From an uncultured Bacteroidales bacterium (GTDB lineage Bacteria > Bacteroidota > Bacteroidia > Bacteroidales > FEN-979), in the NCBI GenBank assembly GCA_903913885.1, contig CAIWMX010000002.1:1862-65861 (forward strand): a stretch of 64,000 bases of DNA. The letters run 5' to 3'. Shown here one piece after another: positions 53,919 through 63,624 of this stretch. Made by a program: the position numbers and the translations under genes. Every line of letters starts with the position of its first letter. The first letter of the stretch is position 1. Under the pieces are notes generated by a model. It saw only the letters and a program-made list of their open reading frames with translations, was not told the DNA's origin and did not search any database.

Positions 53919-54998
53919 TTACTTAGGCGCGATCTTGATGAGGAAGAAGGCGATAACCCCGAAGATCAGGTTCGGGATCCAAACAGCGATCAGGGGAGGG
54001 AGGTCTCCGAAGGTGGCAAAGACTGTAAAAACCTGCATGAAGAGAATATAAATGAATGTCAGGGCCAGGCCCAGGCCCAGATGAAAGCCGATTCCGCCGC
54101 GCACTTTCCTGCTTGAGACTGAAACGCCGATCACCGTCAGGATAATCGTGGCAAAAGGAAAAGCGATCCGCTCGTACTTTTTTACTTTGTATTTGATCAC
54201 ATCGGGATCTCCACGCAACTCCTTGTCTTTTATATGTTTTCGGAGAACGGAGTAGTTCATGATCTTTACATCTTCGATGTTTTCAGTAAAATCAGCCGGA
54301 ATGAAAGGAAGTATGGTATCGAGTTTTTTCCCTTTTTTGATCGATTCCTTCATGTCTTTGATGCGCCGGATGTAATAGTTGCTGACCTGCCAGCGCGATC
54401 GCAGGCTGTCCCAACGGATCTCTTCCGAGCGGAGTTTGAGGGTTAATTCCCTGTTCTCAAATTTTTCAAGGGTGAATTTCCACCCCACACAGGAGTGTGT
54501 GTTGAAATTCTCCAGGTATATAAAGGTACCCGGACTGATCTGCTTATGGATATTCTGATCGCTGAATTCACTTCTGGGGGCATGAATATATTGATTTTCA
54601 AAGGCAAGCATACTCCGGTTGGTGATGGGGATGATAAAATTGGCAAGAATGAACGACAAAAGTCCGAGTGCCACCGCTGATATAAAATAAGGATAGAGCA
54701 TGCGCCAGAAGCTGATTCCGCTGCTGAGAATGGCGATGATCTCGGAATCTGAAGCCATTCGCGAGGTGAAGAAGATAACTGCAATGAAGGTGAGCAGGTA
54801 GCTGAACTCGTTGATAAAGTAGGGTACGAAATTGAGGTAATAAACAAAGATAATCGAACTGACCGGGGCCTCGCTGCGCAGGAAATCATCGATCTTTTCT
54901 GAAATATCGAAAACGATCACAATAAAGATCAGCAACACCAGGGTGAAGAAGAAGGTCCCCAGAAATTTTCTGATAATATATCGGTCGATCGTGCGCAT
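53919..54998 (-). CDS. lptG: LptF/LptG family LPS export permease (assignment to G rather than F is tentative)
   Basis: IDRYI, SEIIAILSSGIS..R...P, a 3+3 TM layout and AVWIPN. Downstream of tgt. Confidence 0.85.
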   Translation of the reverse strand: MRTIDRYIIRKFLGTFFFTLVLLIFIVIVFDISEKIDDFLRSEAPVSSIIFVYYLNFVPYFINEFSYLLTFIAVIFFTSRMASDSEIIAILSSGISFWRMLYPYFISAVALGLLSFILANFIIPITNRSMLAFENQYIHAPRSEFSDQNIHKQISPGTFIYLENFNTHSCVGWKFTLEKFENRELTLKLRSEEIRWDSLRSRWQVSNYYIRRIKDMKESIKKGKKLDTILPFIPADFTENIEDVKIMNYSVLRKHIKDKELRGDPDVIKYKVKKYERIAFPFATIILTVIGVSVSSRKVRGGIGFHLGLGLALTFIYILFMQVFTVFATFGDLPPLIAVWIPNLIFGVIAFFLIKIAPK

Positions 54999-55019
54999 GA
55001 TCAGGTTAACGTAAATTTT

Positions 55020-56150
55020 TTACAAACGTTGCATCAGTTGTTTCACCATTTTCTCTTTCCAGCCCGAAAAAGTTCCTTCCGATATCTGTTTTCTTGCTTC
55101 TTTCATCAGCCAGATATAGAATCCCAGGTTGTGCATGGTGGCAATCATCGGCCCGAGTATCTCTTTTGAAATAAACATATGCCTGAGGAATGCCAGGTTG
55201 TACTGCAGGTCGCAGAATACCTCTCCTTCAGCTTCCAGGGGAGAAAAATCGTCCTTCCACTTTTCATTTTTTATATTGATGATGCCGTTCCGGGTGAACA
55301 ACATCCCGTTCCGGCCATTGCGGGTAGGCATAACACAATCAAACATATCAACGCCGAGGGCAATGCTTTCAAGGATGTTTGCGGGAGTTCCTACTCCCAT
55401 CAGGTAGCGCGGCTTGTCGTCCGGCAGGATTTCGCACACCAGCCCGGTAATCTCATACATCATCCCGGCAGGTTCGCCAACGGACAAGCCGCCAATGGCA
55501 TTTCCCGTGGCGCCCTGGCCGGCAATAAACCTGGCCGATTCAACGCGCAAGGCAGGGTAAACGCTTCCCTGCACAATGGGGAACAGGCTTTGGCTATAGC
55601 CATGCGGGCATGCTGTTTCCTCAAAACGGGTGATACACCGGGACAGCCAATAGTGAGTCCGCTTCATCGACTTCCGGGCATATGCCTCGTCACAGGGGTA
55701 TGGCGTACATTCATCAAACGCCATGATGATGTCGGCGCCCAGTTCACGCTGCACATCGATGGCCTTTTCAGGCGTAAATATGTGTTTTGATCCGTCAATA
55801 TGCGATTGGAAAACCACGCCATCGTCGGTAAACTTGCGGATATCGCCCAGCGAATAAATCTGGTACCCGCCACTGTCGGTCAGAATAGGTTTGTTCCAGC
55901 CGTTAAATTTATGCAGTCCGCCAGCCCTGGAGATGATGTCAACACCTGGTCTCAGGTAAAGATGATAGGTGTTTGAGAGCATGATCTGGGCCCTGACTTC
56001 ATCCTGTAAATCCTTAATATGCAGTGCTTTTACAGCACCAGCTGTGCCAACGGGCATAAAAAAAGGACTTTCAATGGCCCCGTGATCGGTAACGAGCACG
56101 CCGGCCCGGGCTGAAGAGCCATTGTCGCGATGTTGAATGTCGAACTGCAA
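55020..56150 (-). CDS. tgt: Queuine tRNA-ribosyltransferase
   Basis: FMPVGT, NTYHLYLRPG, TDSGG.Q, MAFDEC, GGLSVGE, YLMGVG and DMFDCVMPTR motifs. Confidence 0.97.
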   Translation of the reverse strand: MQFDIQHRDNGSSARAGVLVTDHGAIESPFFMPVGTAGAVKALHIKDLQDEVRAQIMLSNTYHLYLRPGVDIISRAGGLHKFNGWNKPILTDSGGYQIYSLGDIRKFTDDGVVFQSHIDGSKHIFTPEKAIDVQRELGADIIMAFDECTPYPCDEAYARKSMKRTHYWLSRCITRFEETACPHGYSQSLFPIVQGSVYPALRVESARFIAGQGATGNAIGGLSVGEPAGMMYEITGLVCEILPDDKPRYLMGVGTPANILESIALGVDMFDCVMPTRNGRNGMLFTRNGIINIKNEKWKDDFSPLEAEGEVFCDLQYNLAFLRHMFISKEILGPMIATMHNLGFYIWLMKEARKQISEGTFSGWKEKMVKQLMQRL

Positions 56151-56364
56151 ATGGGTTATTTTAGAAAACTTCCGGCAAAGGTAAGCGTTCTTGGAATTTC
56201 TGCCAGCAAATTAAAAAGTATAATAAACCCCGGTAATTGCTCCAGTAGTAAAACAGCGTGGCGCTTTGCTCTGTTTTCAACCATCCTTTCAATTTATACA
56301 CAATACAGGGATTTGTATGGGCAGAATGAATATCTTTGCCTGATCAAATGCTAAAATTTGTTAA

Positions 56365-57498
56365 ATGATTGAACTTCTGGTCAATACGCAACTTATTCCA
56401 TTGGTGCTGCTGGGAATATTCGTCCTGACCTTTGTTCTGCAACAGGTTTTTTACTGGATTTTTTTCTGGAGGCTCGGCCGTTACAGGAATCGTGAAGCCG
56501 GAGAGCATTCCAAAGGGGTTTCAGTGGTCATTTGTGCACGCAACGAGTTTCATCACCTGAAAGAAAACCTCCCGCTTATCCTCGAGCAGGATTATCCCTT
56601 GTTTGAAGTTCTTGTTGTCAACCATTCTTCTGAGGATGATACCCAGTACCTGCTGACCGAACTGGCTGAAAAATATCCAAATCTGAAAAATATTGTCATA
56701 CAGCATGATCTCAATTTCTTCACAGGGAAAAAGTTTCCGCTTTCGATCGGGATCAAATCGGCAAAGTATGATCTTATCCTGCTTACAGATGCTGATTGCA
56801 AACCTGCATCCAAAAACTGGATTCGTCACATGCAATCGGCTTACACGTCGAAGGTTGAAGTGGTTCTCGGTTATGGGCCCTATTACCGGAGCAAGGGTTT
56901 GCTCAACAAACTGATCCGGTTTGATACGGTTCATATTGCCATCCAGTATCTTTCGTACGCGCTTGCAGGCATTCCTTATATGGGGGTTGGCAGGAACCTT
57001 TCGTATATGAAAGAGATATTTTACCGGAACAATGGGTTTATTTCGCATTACCGGATCAGGTCGGGCGATGATGACCTTTTTATCAACAGGGTTGCCAAAC
57101 GGTCCAATACAACGGTTATGGCCCATCCCGACAGCTTCACTTTTTCCGATCCCCAGAAAAGCCTGGCAAAATGGGTGCTACAGAAAAAACGGCATCTCCT
57201 CACAAGCAGCCATTATAAATTCAGGCACCAGCTAATGCTTTGGTTATATGCATTCACCCTGGTGGCGTTTTATTCCGTCTTTATTGTACTATTATCGTTG
57301 AACTGGTCGGTTTTTCCTGTACTCGGGCTATTCGTGTTAAGGCTTATATCGCAATACGTGGTTTTTGGGCGGTGTATGAAACAACTGAATGAACGGGATT
57401 TAATCCTCTTTCTCCCATTTTATGAAATATTGCTGATCCTGTTCAATGGGGGAATCATGATCTCTAATATTTTTCATAAACCCACCCGATGGAAATAG
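56365..57498 (+). CDS. Membrane GT2 family glycosyltransferase
   Basis: SVVICARNE, GKK, TDADC, SGDDDL and QKKRH motifs, with N- and C-terminal TM segments. Confidence 0.9.
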   Translation: MIELLVNTQLIPLVLLGIFVLTFVLQQVFYWIFFWRLGRYRNREAGEHSKGVSVVICARNEFHHLKENLPLILEQDYPLFEVLVVNHSSEDDTQYLLTELAEKYPNLKNIVIQHDLNFFTGKKFPLSIGIKSAKYDLILLTDADCKPASKNWIRHMQSAYTSKVEVVLGYGPYYRSKGLLNKLIRFDTVHIAIQYLSYALAGIPYMGVGRNLSYMKEIFYRNNGFISHYRIRSGDDDLFINRVAKRSNTTVMAHPDSFTFSDPQKSLAKWVLQKKRHLLTSSHYKFRHQLMLWLYAFTLVAFYSVFIVLLSLNWSVFPVLGLFVLRLISQYVVFGRCMKQLNERDLILFLPFYEILLILFNGGIMISNIFHKPTRWK

Positions 57499-58094
57499 CC
57501 GAGCATCTCACCGAAAAAGCACGACGCGACTATACCCTGGTGCGCCTGGCCCTTGATGATGGTGATCAGCAGGCTTATGCTGAATTGCTGAACAAATACC
57601 GCGATTCGCTCTATTTCATGATGCTCAAGATGACCAGCAATCCTACCGATGCAGAGGACCTTACCATTGAGGCTTTCGGTAAGGCCTTCAAGAACCTGAA
57701 ACAGTATTCGCCGGATTTTGCTTTCAGCACCTGGCTGTTCAAGATTGCCGCAAACAACTGCATCGATTTTTTACGCAAATCCAAAAGGATCCAGTTTGCC
57801 GACAATTTTGACGACGACAGTGATTCTTCGGATGTGCCTGCGAACATCCCGGCCCGGACCCTTGATCCGGAAGAAAGGATCATAGAAAAGCAGAAAATCC
57901 AGCTGATGCATGACGTGGTGGAAAAATTGAAGCCCCACTACCGGCACCTGATCGAACTGCAATATTTCAAGGAGTGGTCGTATGATGAAATTGCAACAGA
58001 GCTCAACCTGCCGCTGGGTACTGTGAAGGCGCAGTTATTCAGAGCGCGGGAATTTCTTTACCAGATATTGCGGAATTCGCAGGAGAAAATTTAA
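57489..58094 (+). CDS. ECF sigma-70 factor
   Basis: DAEDLT.E.F.KAF, FSTWLFKIA.N..IDF.RK and SY.EIA..L..PLGTVKA.LFRAR motifs. Confidence 0.93.
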   Translation: MEIAEHLTEKARRDYTLVRLALDDGDQQAYAELLNKYRDSLYFMMLKMTSNPTDAEDLTIEAFGKAFKNLKQYSPDFAFSTWLFKIAANNCIDFLRKSKRIQFADNFDDDSDSSDVPANIPARTLDPEERIIEKQKIQLMHDVVEKLKPHYRHLIELQYFKEWSYDEIATELNLPLGTVKAQLFRAREFLYQILRNSQEKI

Positions 58095-58109
58095 CCTAAC
58101 CCAGGATCC

Positions 58110-60110
58110 ATGGAAACAACCGATTTTAAAAAAGCCATCATGCAGGGTATTCCGGCGGGGTTGCCAGAATCACCGTCCTATGATGCCACAGTAAATCATG
58201 CCCCGGTGCGCAAGGATATCCTAACGCCGGATGAAAAAAAACTCGCTTTGAAAAATGCGTTACGGTATTTCGATGCGGAACATCACGCGGTTCTTGCTCC
58301 CGAATTCGCCGATGAGCTGGCAAAGTACGGTCGTATCTATATGTACCGTTTCAGACCGGCATACCCCATGCATGCCAGGAATATCCATGAATATCCTCAC
58401 AAGTCGCTGCAGGCTGCCGCCATTATGCTGATGATCCAGAACAACCTTGATCCTGCCGTGGCCCAGCACCCGCATGAACTGATAACCTATGGCGGAAATG
58501 GCTCGGTGTTCCAGAATTGGGCGCAGTACCTGCTAACCATGAAATATCTTTCCTCCATGACCCATGAACAAACGTTGGTCATGTATTCCGGCCATCCCAT
58601 GGGCCTTTTTCCATCGCATCCTGATGCTCCGCGCGTGGTGATAACCAATGGCATGATGATTCCCAACTATTCCAGGCCTGATGACTGGGAACGGTTCAAT
58701 GCACTCGGAGTTACCCAATACGGACAGATGACGGCGGGTTCATACATGTACATCGGTCCGCAGGGGATTGTTCACGGCACCACCATTACCATATTGAATG
58801 CAGCACGGAAGGTTACCGCCGACAAGATTGGAGGAACGGTGTTTGTGACATCAGGGTTGGGTGGCATGTCGGGCGCCCAGGCAAAGGCGGCGGTTATAGC
58901 CGGCGCCATTGGCGTAGTTGCAGAGATCAACCCGGCTGTCGTAAAAAAACGCCACGAACAGGGGTGGGTCGATGAGGTGTTTACCGACCTCGATGAGCTG
59001 CTGATCCGCATGATGCGGGCTGTTTGCAACAGGGAAGCGGTTTCCCTTGCCTACCAGGGCAACATTGTCGATTTATGGGAATATTTTGCTGAATGCAAAC
59101 TGCAGATCGAACTTGGGTCGGACCAAACCTCACTGCATAATCCATGGTCTGGCGGGTATTATCCTGCAGGCCTGTCCATTGAAGAATCAAATGAACTGAT
59201 GGTTAAAGATCCGGGGGCATTCAGGGCGGCGGTGCAGGCGTCGCTGCGCCGTCAGGTCGACGCCATCAATAAGATGACAGCCAATGGCATGTATTTCTGG
59301 GATTACGGCAATGCATTCCTTCTGGAAGCATCGAGGGCAGGCGCTGAAGTGATGAATGCCGATGGCACTTTCATCTATCCTTCGTATGTTCAGGATATCA
59401 TGGGACCGCTGTTCTTTGATTATGGCTTCGGGCCTTTCCGCTGGGTCTGCACGTCGGGAAACCCCCATGATCTGGAGGTCTCCGACCAGATTGCCGCTGA
59501 GGTTCTGGAGCAGATCGCACTTACATCCCCCAAAGAGATCGAGATGCAGATGCGCGACAACATTCACTGGATCCGCCAGGCGGGTAAAAACAGGCTGGTG
59601 GTTGGATCGCAGGCCCGCATCCTTTATGCCGACTGCGAAGGACGCACGAAGATCGCCTCTGCCTTTAACGATGCCATAAAGGATGGCCGCATTTCAGCTC
59701 CCGTCGTTATAGGCCGGGATCACCACGATGTATCCGGAACCGATTCACCTTACCGTGAAACCTCCAATATATACGACGGATCAGCTTTTACGGCCGATAT
59801 GGCCATCCAGAATGTGATCGGCGACAGTTTCCGGGGGGCTTCCTGGGTTTCGATCCATAACGGAGGCGGTGTGGGTTGGGGCGAGGTAATCAACGGAGGC
59901 TTTGGCCTGCTGCTTGATGGCTCACAGGATGCCGGCCGCCGGTTGCGGCTCATGCTGCACTGGGATGTGAATAACGGGATTGCACGCAGGGCGTGGGCCC
60001 GCAACGATGAAGCTGTTGTGGCTGTTAAAAGGGCCATGCAGCAGGAACCCCGGTTAACGGTAACACTGCCGAACCTTGTCGACGATACGCTGCTGAACGA
60101 TCGTTTCTAA
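58110..60110 (+). CDS. hutU: Urocanate hydratase (long, ~666-aa type)
   Basis: NNLDP.VA, GQMTAGS..YIGPQGIVHGT, GLGGMSGAQ, SDQTS.H, GPFRW, GRDHHD and HNGGGVG motifs. Confidence 0.96.
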   Translation: METTDFKKAIMQGIPAGLPESPSYDATVNHAPVRKDILTPDEKKLALKNALRYFDAEHHAVLAPEFADELAKYGRIYMYRFRPAYPMHARNIHEYPHKSLQAAAIMLMIQNNLDPAVAQHPHELITYGGNGSVFQNWAQYLLTMKYLSSMTHEQTLVMYSGHPMGLFPSHPDAPRVVITNGMMIPNYSRPDDWERFNALGVTQYGQMTAGSYMYIGPQGIVHGTTITILNAARKVTADKIGGTVFVTSGLGGMSGAQAKAAVIAGAIGVVAEINPAVVKKRHEQGWVDEVFTDLDELLIRMMRAVCNREAVSLAYQGNIVDLWEYFAECKLQIELGSDQTSLHNPWSGGYYPAGLSIEESNELMVKDPGAFRAAVQASLRRQVDAINKMTANGMYFWDYGNAFLLEASRAGAEVMNADGTFIYPSYVQDIMGPLFFDYGFGPFRWVCTSGNPHDLEVSDQIAAEVLEQIALTSPKEIEMQMRDNIHWIRQAGKNRLVVGSQARILYADCEGRTKIASAFNDAIKDGRISAPVVIGRDHHDVSGTDSPYRETSNIYDGSAFTADMAIQNVIGDSFRGASWVSIHNGGGVGWGEVINGGFGLLLDGSQDAGRRLRLMLHWDVNNGIARRAWARNDEAVVAVKRAMQQEPRLTVTLPNLVDDTLLNDRF

Positions 60111-60112
60111 GA

Positions 60113-61099
60113 TCAGAAGTTCTTGGTTGAAAGTACCTGTGTTTTAACGCTGGTGGAATCAGCCGGATTTTGCACTTCCTGCCTGATCACGCCAAATTGG
60201 TTGTTCAGCCACAGCCAGGCTATTCTTGTATAAGTACTGTCGCCCGAAACAACATGTTCGGTGTACCTGAACCGGTTGCACTTGAGGTTTCCGGCACCTG
60301 TAGTCACCATCACGTTTGTGTCGACCATCGTGACTGTCGTAGTGTCGGTTTGAAGGTATGAACTGTAAACCACGTTAATCTTGGCATCGATGGGGAAGGA
60401 GAAAGCCCTCAGGCTGAGTGCTGAGTCATTCAAAATGGAGAAAGTTGATGGAGAAACATTCCACTTAAGTGTCCTGGCCGCCCACGCCCACCCGCAGGTT
60501 TGTGTTGAAACGCCGAGGTAACCGTTGTTGGTGGGATTTGTATTGATCTGTTTCTGAACCTGGCATGAATCCCCGTTTTTCAACGTGGTCTTGTAAGTCC
60601 ATGAATTCCCTGTTTTTGCAAAACAATTGTAGCGGATTGAATCGGCCGATACTTGTTTTTGCGCCAGGATCCCGCTCCAGTCAACATATTCGCTTCCAAA
60701 AGCGCCGCATTCGTTGCCCGAGATGCGCACCTGGATTTTGCCGGCTTCCGAAAATACCGCGTAACCTCCAAGGTTCCACGTCTGGCAATTTGGATTTGAC
60801 GGATCATTGTTGGTGACCTTGAAGTACAAAGTGCCGTTGACGAACTGGAATTCATGGAAAACATGGATGTCGGTCATGAAGATTATCCCCGACAGGTAAT
60901 CAGGTGATTCACGGTATATCACGATATCTCCGGTCTCTTTCAACAACTTGTTATTTTTGAATGTAGAGATGGAGCCCCGCCAGGTGCCTATAAAATCGCT
61001 TTGTCCTTTTACAGTCGGATCGAAACTCGATTTCTTCTTGCATCCTGCAAAAGGGATTAGGATAACTGCGATGATTATAATCAGGAAGCATCTTGTCAT
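60113..61099 (-). CDS. Hypothetical lipoprotein
   Basis: Lipobox FAGC-KKK and a beta-rich sequence. The C-terminus contains V.T.AG...C...W.....G.IR. Confidence 0.75.
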   Translation of the reverse strand: MTRCFLIIIIAVILIPFAGCKKKSSFDPTVKGQSDFIGTWRGSISTFKNNKLLKETGDIVIYRESPDYLSGIIFMTDIHVFHEFQFVNGTLYFKVTNNDPSNPNCQTWNLGGYAVFSEAGKIQVRISGNECGAFGSEYVDWSGILAQKQVSADSIRYNCFAKTGNSWTYKTTLKNGDSCQVQKQINTNPTNNGYLGVSTQTCGWAWAARTLKWNVSPSTFSILNDSALSLRAFSFPIDAKINVVYSSYLQTDTTTVTMVDTNVMVTTGAGNLKCNRFRYTEHVVSGDSTYTRIAWLWLNNQFGVIRQEVQNPADSTSVKTQVLSTKNF

Positions 61100-61141
61100 A
61101 CAGATCAGAGTATTAATTGTTGAATGCAGTTAAACGTGAAA

Positions 61142-61849
61142 TTATTCAAAAAACGTATAGCTATATTTAAGAAAATAGTGGCGGCTGATGGATCGGCCCC
61201 TCCCGTCAATGAATACCTCAACTTCGTCGGCACGATCATCATTGTCATAAGTACGGTTAACGGTCATGTAAACATCCCCGTTTTCATCGAGTTCCTCTTC
61301 ACACACAACCTGTTCCTTATCATTATGGGTGAGCCTGGTTTGATTTGGCTGGGGAAAATCTTCGTCAGGATGGAGCACGGGTTCTCCCTCGCCATCCATA
61401 ATTTCATGTTTTACCAGGGTTCCCTCATCCCACTCGAAAGTCTCGGTCTGATCGACTTCTCCGTCATCCGTTGTCGTTATTTTTTTAACGAGTTTTTTTG
61501 ACTCATTGTACTCGAAGGTGGTTGTGTCAACCGAACCGTCCTGGTAGTTTTTAAGCGCACGGATAACCTGTCCTGATTCGTTCCGTTCAAACAGGGTCTC
61601 CTCAGCCAACTCATTTTCTTCAGGGAAATAGGATTCGCGCACGAGGTTGCCTTTCGCGTCATACCCGTAAGTGAACATGTCCTCGAAGTCTCCCTGGCGA
61701 TTGTACCTGATCTCCTTCAGCGGCTTTCCTTCATTATCAAATTCAGTGAAATGATGGGGATGGCCCTGAATATCCAACTCTTCATCATTCACATTCCGGA
61801 TAATGTAATCAAACTGGGTTATTGAAATACTCCTGATTTTTTTCTCCAT
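61142..61849 (-). CDS. Acidic hypothetical protein with YD/RHS-like beta-hairpin repeats
   Basis: Repeats FDNEGK, YDAKGN, RNESGQ, YNESKK, HNDKEQ and LDENGD. No signal peptide. Confidence 0.7.
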   Translation of the reverse strand: MEKKIRSISITQFDYIIRNVNDEELDIQGHPHHFTEFDNEGKPLKEIRYNRQGDFEDMFTYGYDAKGNLVRESYFPEENELAEETLFERNESGQVIRALKNYQDGSVDTTTFEYNESKKLVKKITTTDDGEVDQTETFEWDEGTLVKHEIMDGEGEPVLHPDEDFPQPNQTRLTHNDKEQVVCEEELDENGDVYMTVNRTYDNDDRADEVEVFIDGRGRSISRHYFLKYSYTFFE

Positions 61850-62160
61850 TCATAATGGGCGTTGCGGAAGACTTTGACCAAATAAAGCCATAAATTTACT
61901 GCAAATATTGTAATATAGACTGTATCTTAAGAAAAATGCCATACATTTTTCTGTTGAACGTTTCGTTTTCCCCTTGGTCGTCCTGGTTGTTGCCGTGAAT
62001 GCCTGTAAGCCGGAATCTTCTACTTGAACTTCAGCACACCTGATTTTTCGCTGCCATGCATCATTTTCCTTGCTTTTCAGGTGAAAATTGATTACTTTTC
62101 GGTTTGTTATTCAAATTAACAAGGTGATTCATCTTGTATTGTATCAGTTTCTGGTGTTGT

Positions 62161-62190
62161 ATTGTTGATAATGAAAAAGTTATTAACAAT
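62161..62190. promoter_or_regulatory. Inverted pair of DnaA-box-like motifs, ATTGTTGATAA-N8-TTATTAACAAT
   Basis: 11-bp arms with one mismatch, about 50 bp upstream of the ECF sigma gene. Confidence 0.45.
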
Positions 62191-62238
62191 TGCTTCACCT
62201 TTTCTGTTTTACCGGATTAAGCAACAGAAACAGTGCAT

Positions 62239-62844
62239 ATGTTGATTCATTATTCTGATGATATCATTGTCGACGGCTTGCGGCAGAAGAAAAGCAGTTG
62301 CATTGCCTACATGTACGAGGAATTTGGCCCGATAGTCAGGCACATGGTAAACCGCAACTCAGGCACATTACAGGACATGGAGGATCTTTTCCAGGATGCC
62401 ATCATCGTTTTATACAAGCGCAGCCTGGTGCAGCCATTCAACCTGGAATGCAGCCTGAAAACCTACTTCATCTCGATTTGTAAAAATATCTGGCTTCAGC
62501 GTCTTGAACGTAAATTCAGGTTGCTCTACCAGGAAGATTTTGAAGTGCAGGAATCGTTGGGGATCTATTTGATGGATGACGAGCAACTTAAAGAGGAAAA
62601 CCTGGAACAGCGGAGATTGTTTTATAAGAACCTGCAACTCCTGCCTACCGATTGCCAGCGCCTTATCAGGCTGTACTGCCTGAAGATCCCATTTAAGGAG
62701 ATTGCAAGGCTAATGAACTATAAAGACGAGATCTATGTGAAAACACGGAAATATTCGTGTAAGAATCTGTTAAGAAAAAAAATTATGAAAGATCCTGAAT
62801 GTTATCAATTTTTAGAATATGAAAGCCATGGTAATCACAAGTGA
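62239..62844 (+). CDS. ECF-type sigma-70 factor (Bacteroidota CHAT-associated type)
   Basis: NSG..QD.EDLFQDAII.LY, LKTYFISICKN.W, L..L...CQRLI.L and EIA..MNY......KT.KY.C...L motifs. Confidence 0.85.
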   Translation: MLIHYSDDIIVDGLRQKKSSCIAYMYEEFGPIVRHMVNRNSGTLQDMEDLFQDAIIVLYKRSLVQPFNLECSLKTYFISICKNIWLQRLERKFRLLYQEDFEVQESLGIYLMDDEQLKEENLEQRRLFYKNLQLLPTDCQRLIRLYCLKIPFKEIARLMNYKDEIYVKTRKYSCKNLLRKKIMKDPECYQFLEYESHGNHK

Positions 62845-63607
62845 TTGGATCGATCGCTATCATGATGGTGAACTCGGTGAACCCGAAAAGAGTTACTTTC
62901 TGAAGCAACTTGATAAAAATCAGTTGCTTCGGGCCGAAGTAAACATTGATGCTCGTTTAAACCGCCTGTTAAGTGACGGAGATATCCTGGAACTGATGGA
63001 TAAAGTAGAGGAAGTCGCCAGGAAAAGGAAGGAAGGAACCAGGCTGAGAAACCCCCTGCTGATCGCAGCAACATTAGTGTGTTTGTTCATCATGGGAACC
63101 CTGTTCTATTTTATAGAACAAAAACCGGTATCGATGCATACATTCAAACACCCCCAAATCACCAGGTCATTGCATAAGGTGGGAAAGGACCAGGTCGTGG
63201 TCGAAAAGTCAAAGGACAGGACAACGCCGGTGCAGGCGGTCAAACCTGCAGTTCCGCATGAACAGATGCAAATGCCGCTGCTGGCTGAAAATTATAGACC
63301 CATGGCTGAGTTTGAACTACTGGTGGGTTCGGTGACCCGGTCTACCGGGTTAAAACTGATTGCACCGGCAGCCCTGACTGTTGTAGCGGCAGGCACGCCC
63401 GTGAGGTTTAAATGGATTTCGCTTGCCAGTCAGCCTGCAGTGATTCTGATGTTAATGAATAACCATGGGCGCCTTGTCTGTGAAATTCAAACACTTCACA
63501 ATGATGAGTATACGTTGCAAACCCGGGGGATGCCTCCCGGTTTATATTACTGGAAAATCATGTATGAAGACGAATTGGTTACTATGGGGAAACTAACTTT
63601 AAAGTGA
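62819..63607 (+). CDS. Single-pass membrane anti-sigma-like protein with C-terminal Ig-like domain
   Basis: N-terminal IDRY..GEL...EK..F...L.....L..EV, a TM segment IAATLVCLFIMGTLFYF, and a C-terminal PGLYYWKI...GKL. Overlaps the sigma gene. Confidence 0.7.
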   Translation: MKAMVITSDWIDRYHDGELGEPEKSYFLKQLDKNQLLRAEVNIDARLNRLLSDGDILELMDKVEEVARKRKEGTRLRNPLLIAATLVCLFIMGTLFYFIEQKPVSMHTFKHPQITRSLHKVGKDQVVVEKSKDRTTPVQAVKPAVPHEQMQMPLLAENYRPMAEFELLVGSVTRSTGLKLIAPAALTVVAAGTPVRFKWISLASQPAVILMLMNNHGRLVCEIQTLHNDEYTLQTRGMPPGLYYWKIMYEDELVTMGKLTLK

Positions 63608-63624
63608 CCTATGACATTGAAAAT

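Noticed and set aside
58110-60110. Long eukaryote-like urocanase without other hut genes, as a horizontal transfer
   Set aside because: The long form is common in Bacteroidota and hut genes are often dispersed. There is no compositional anomaly.
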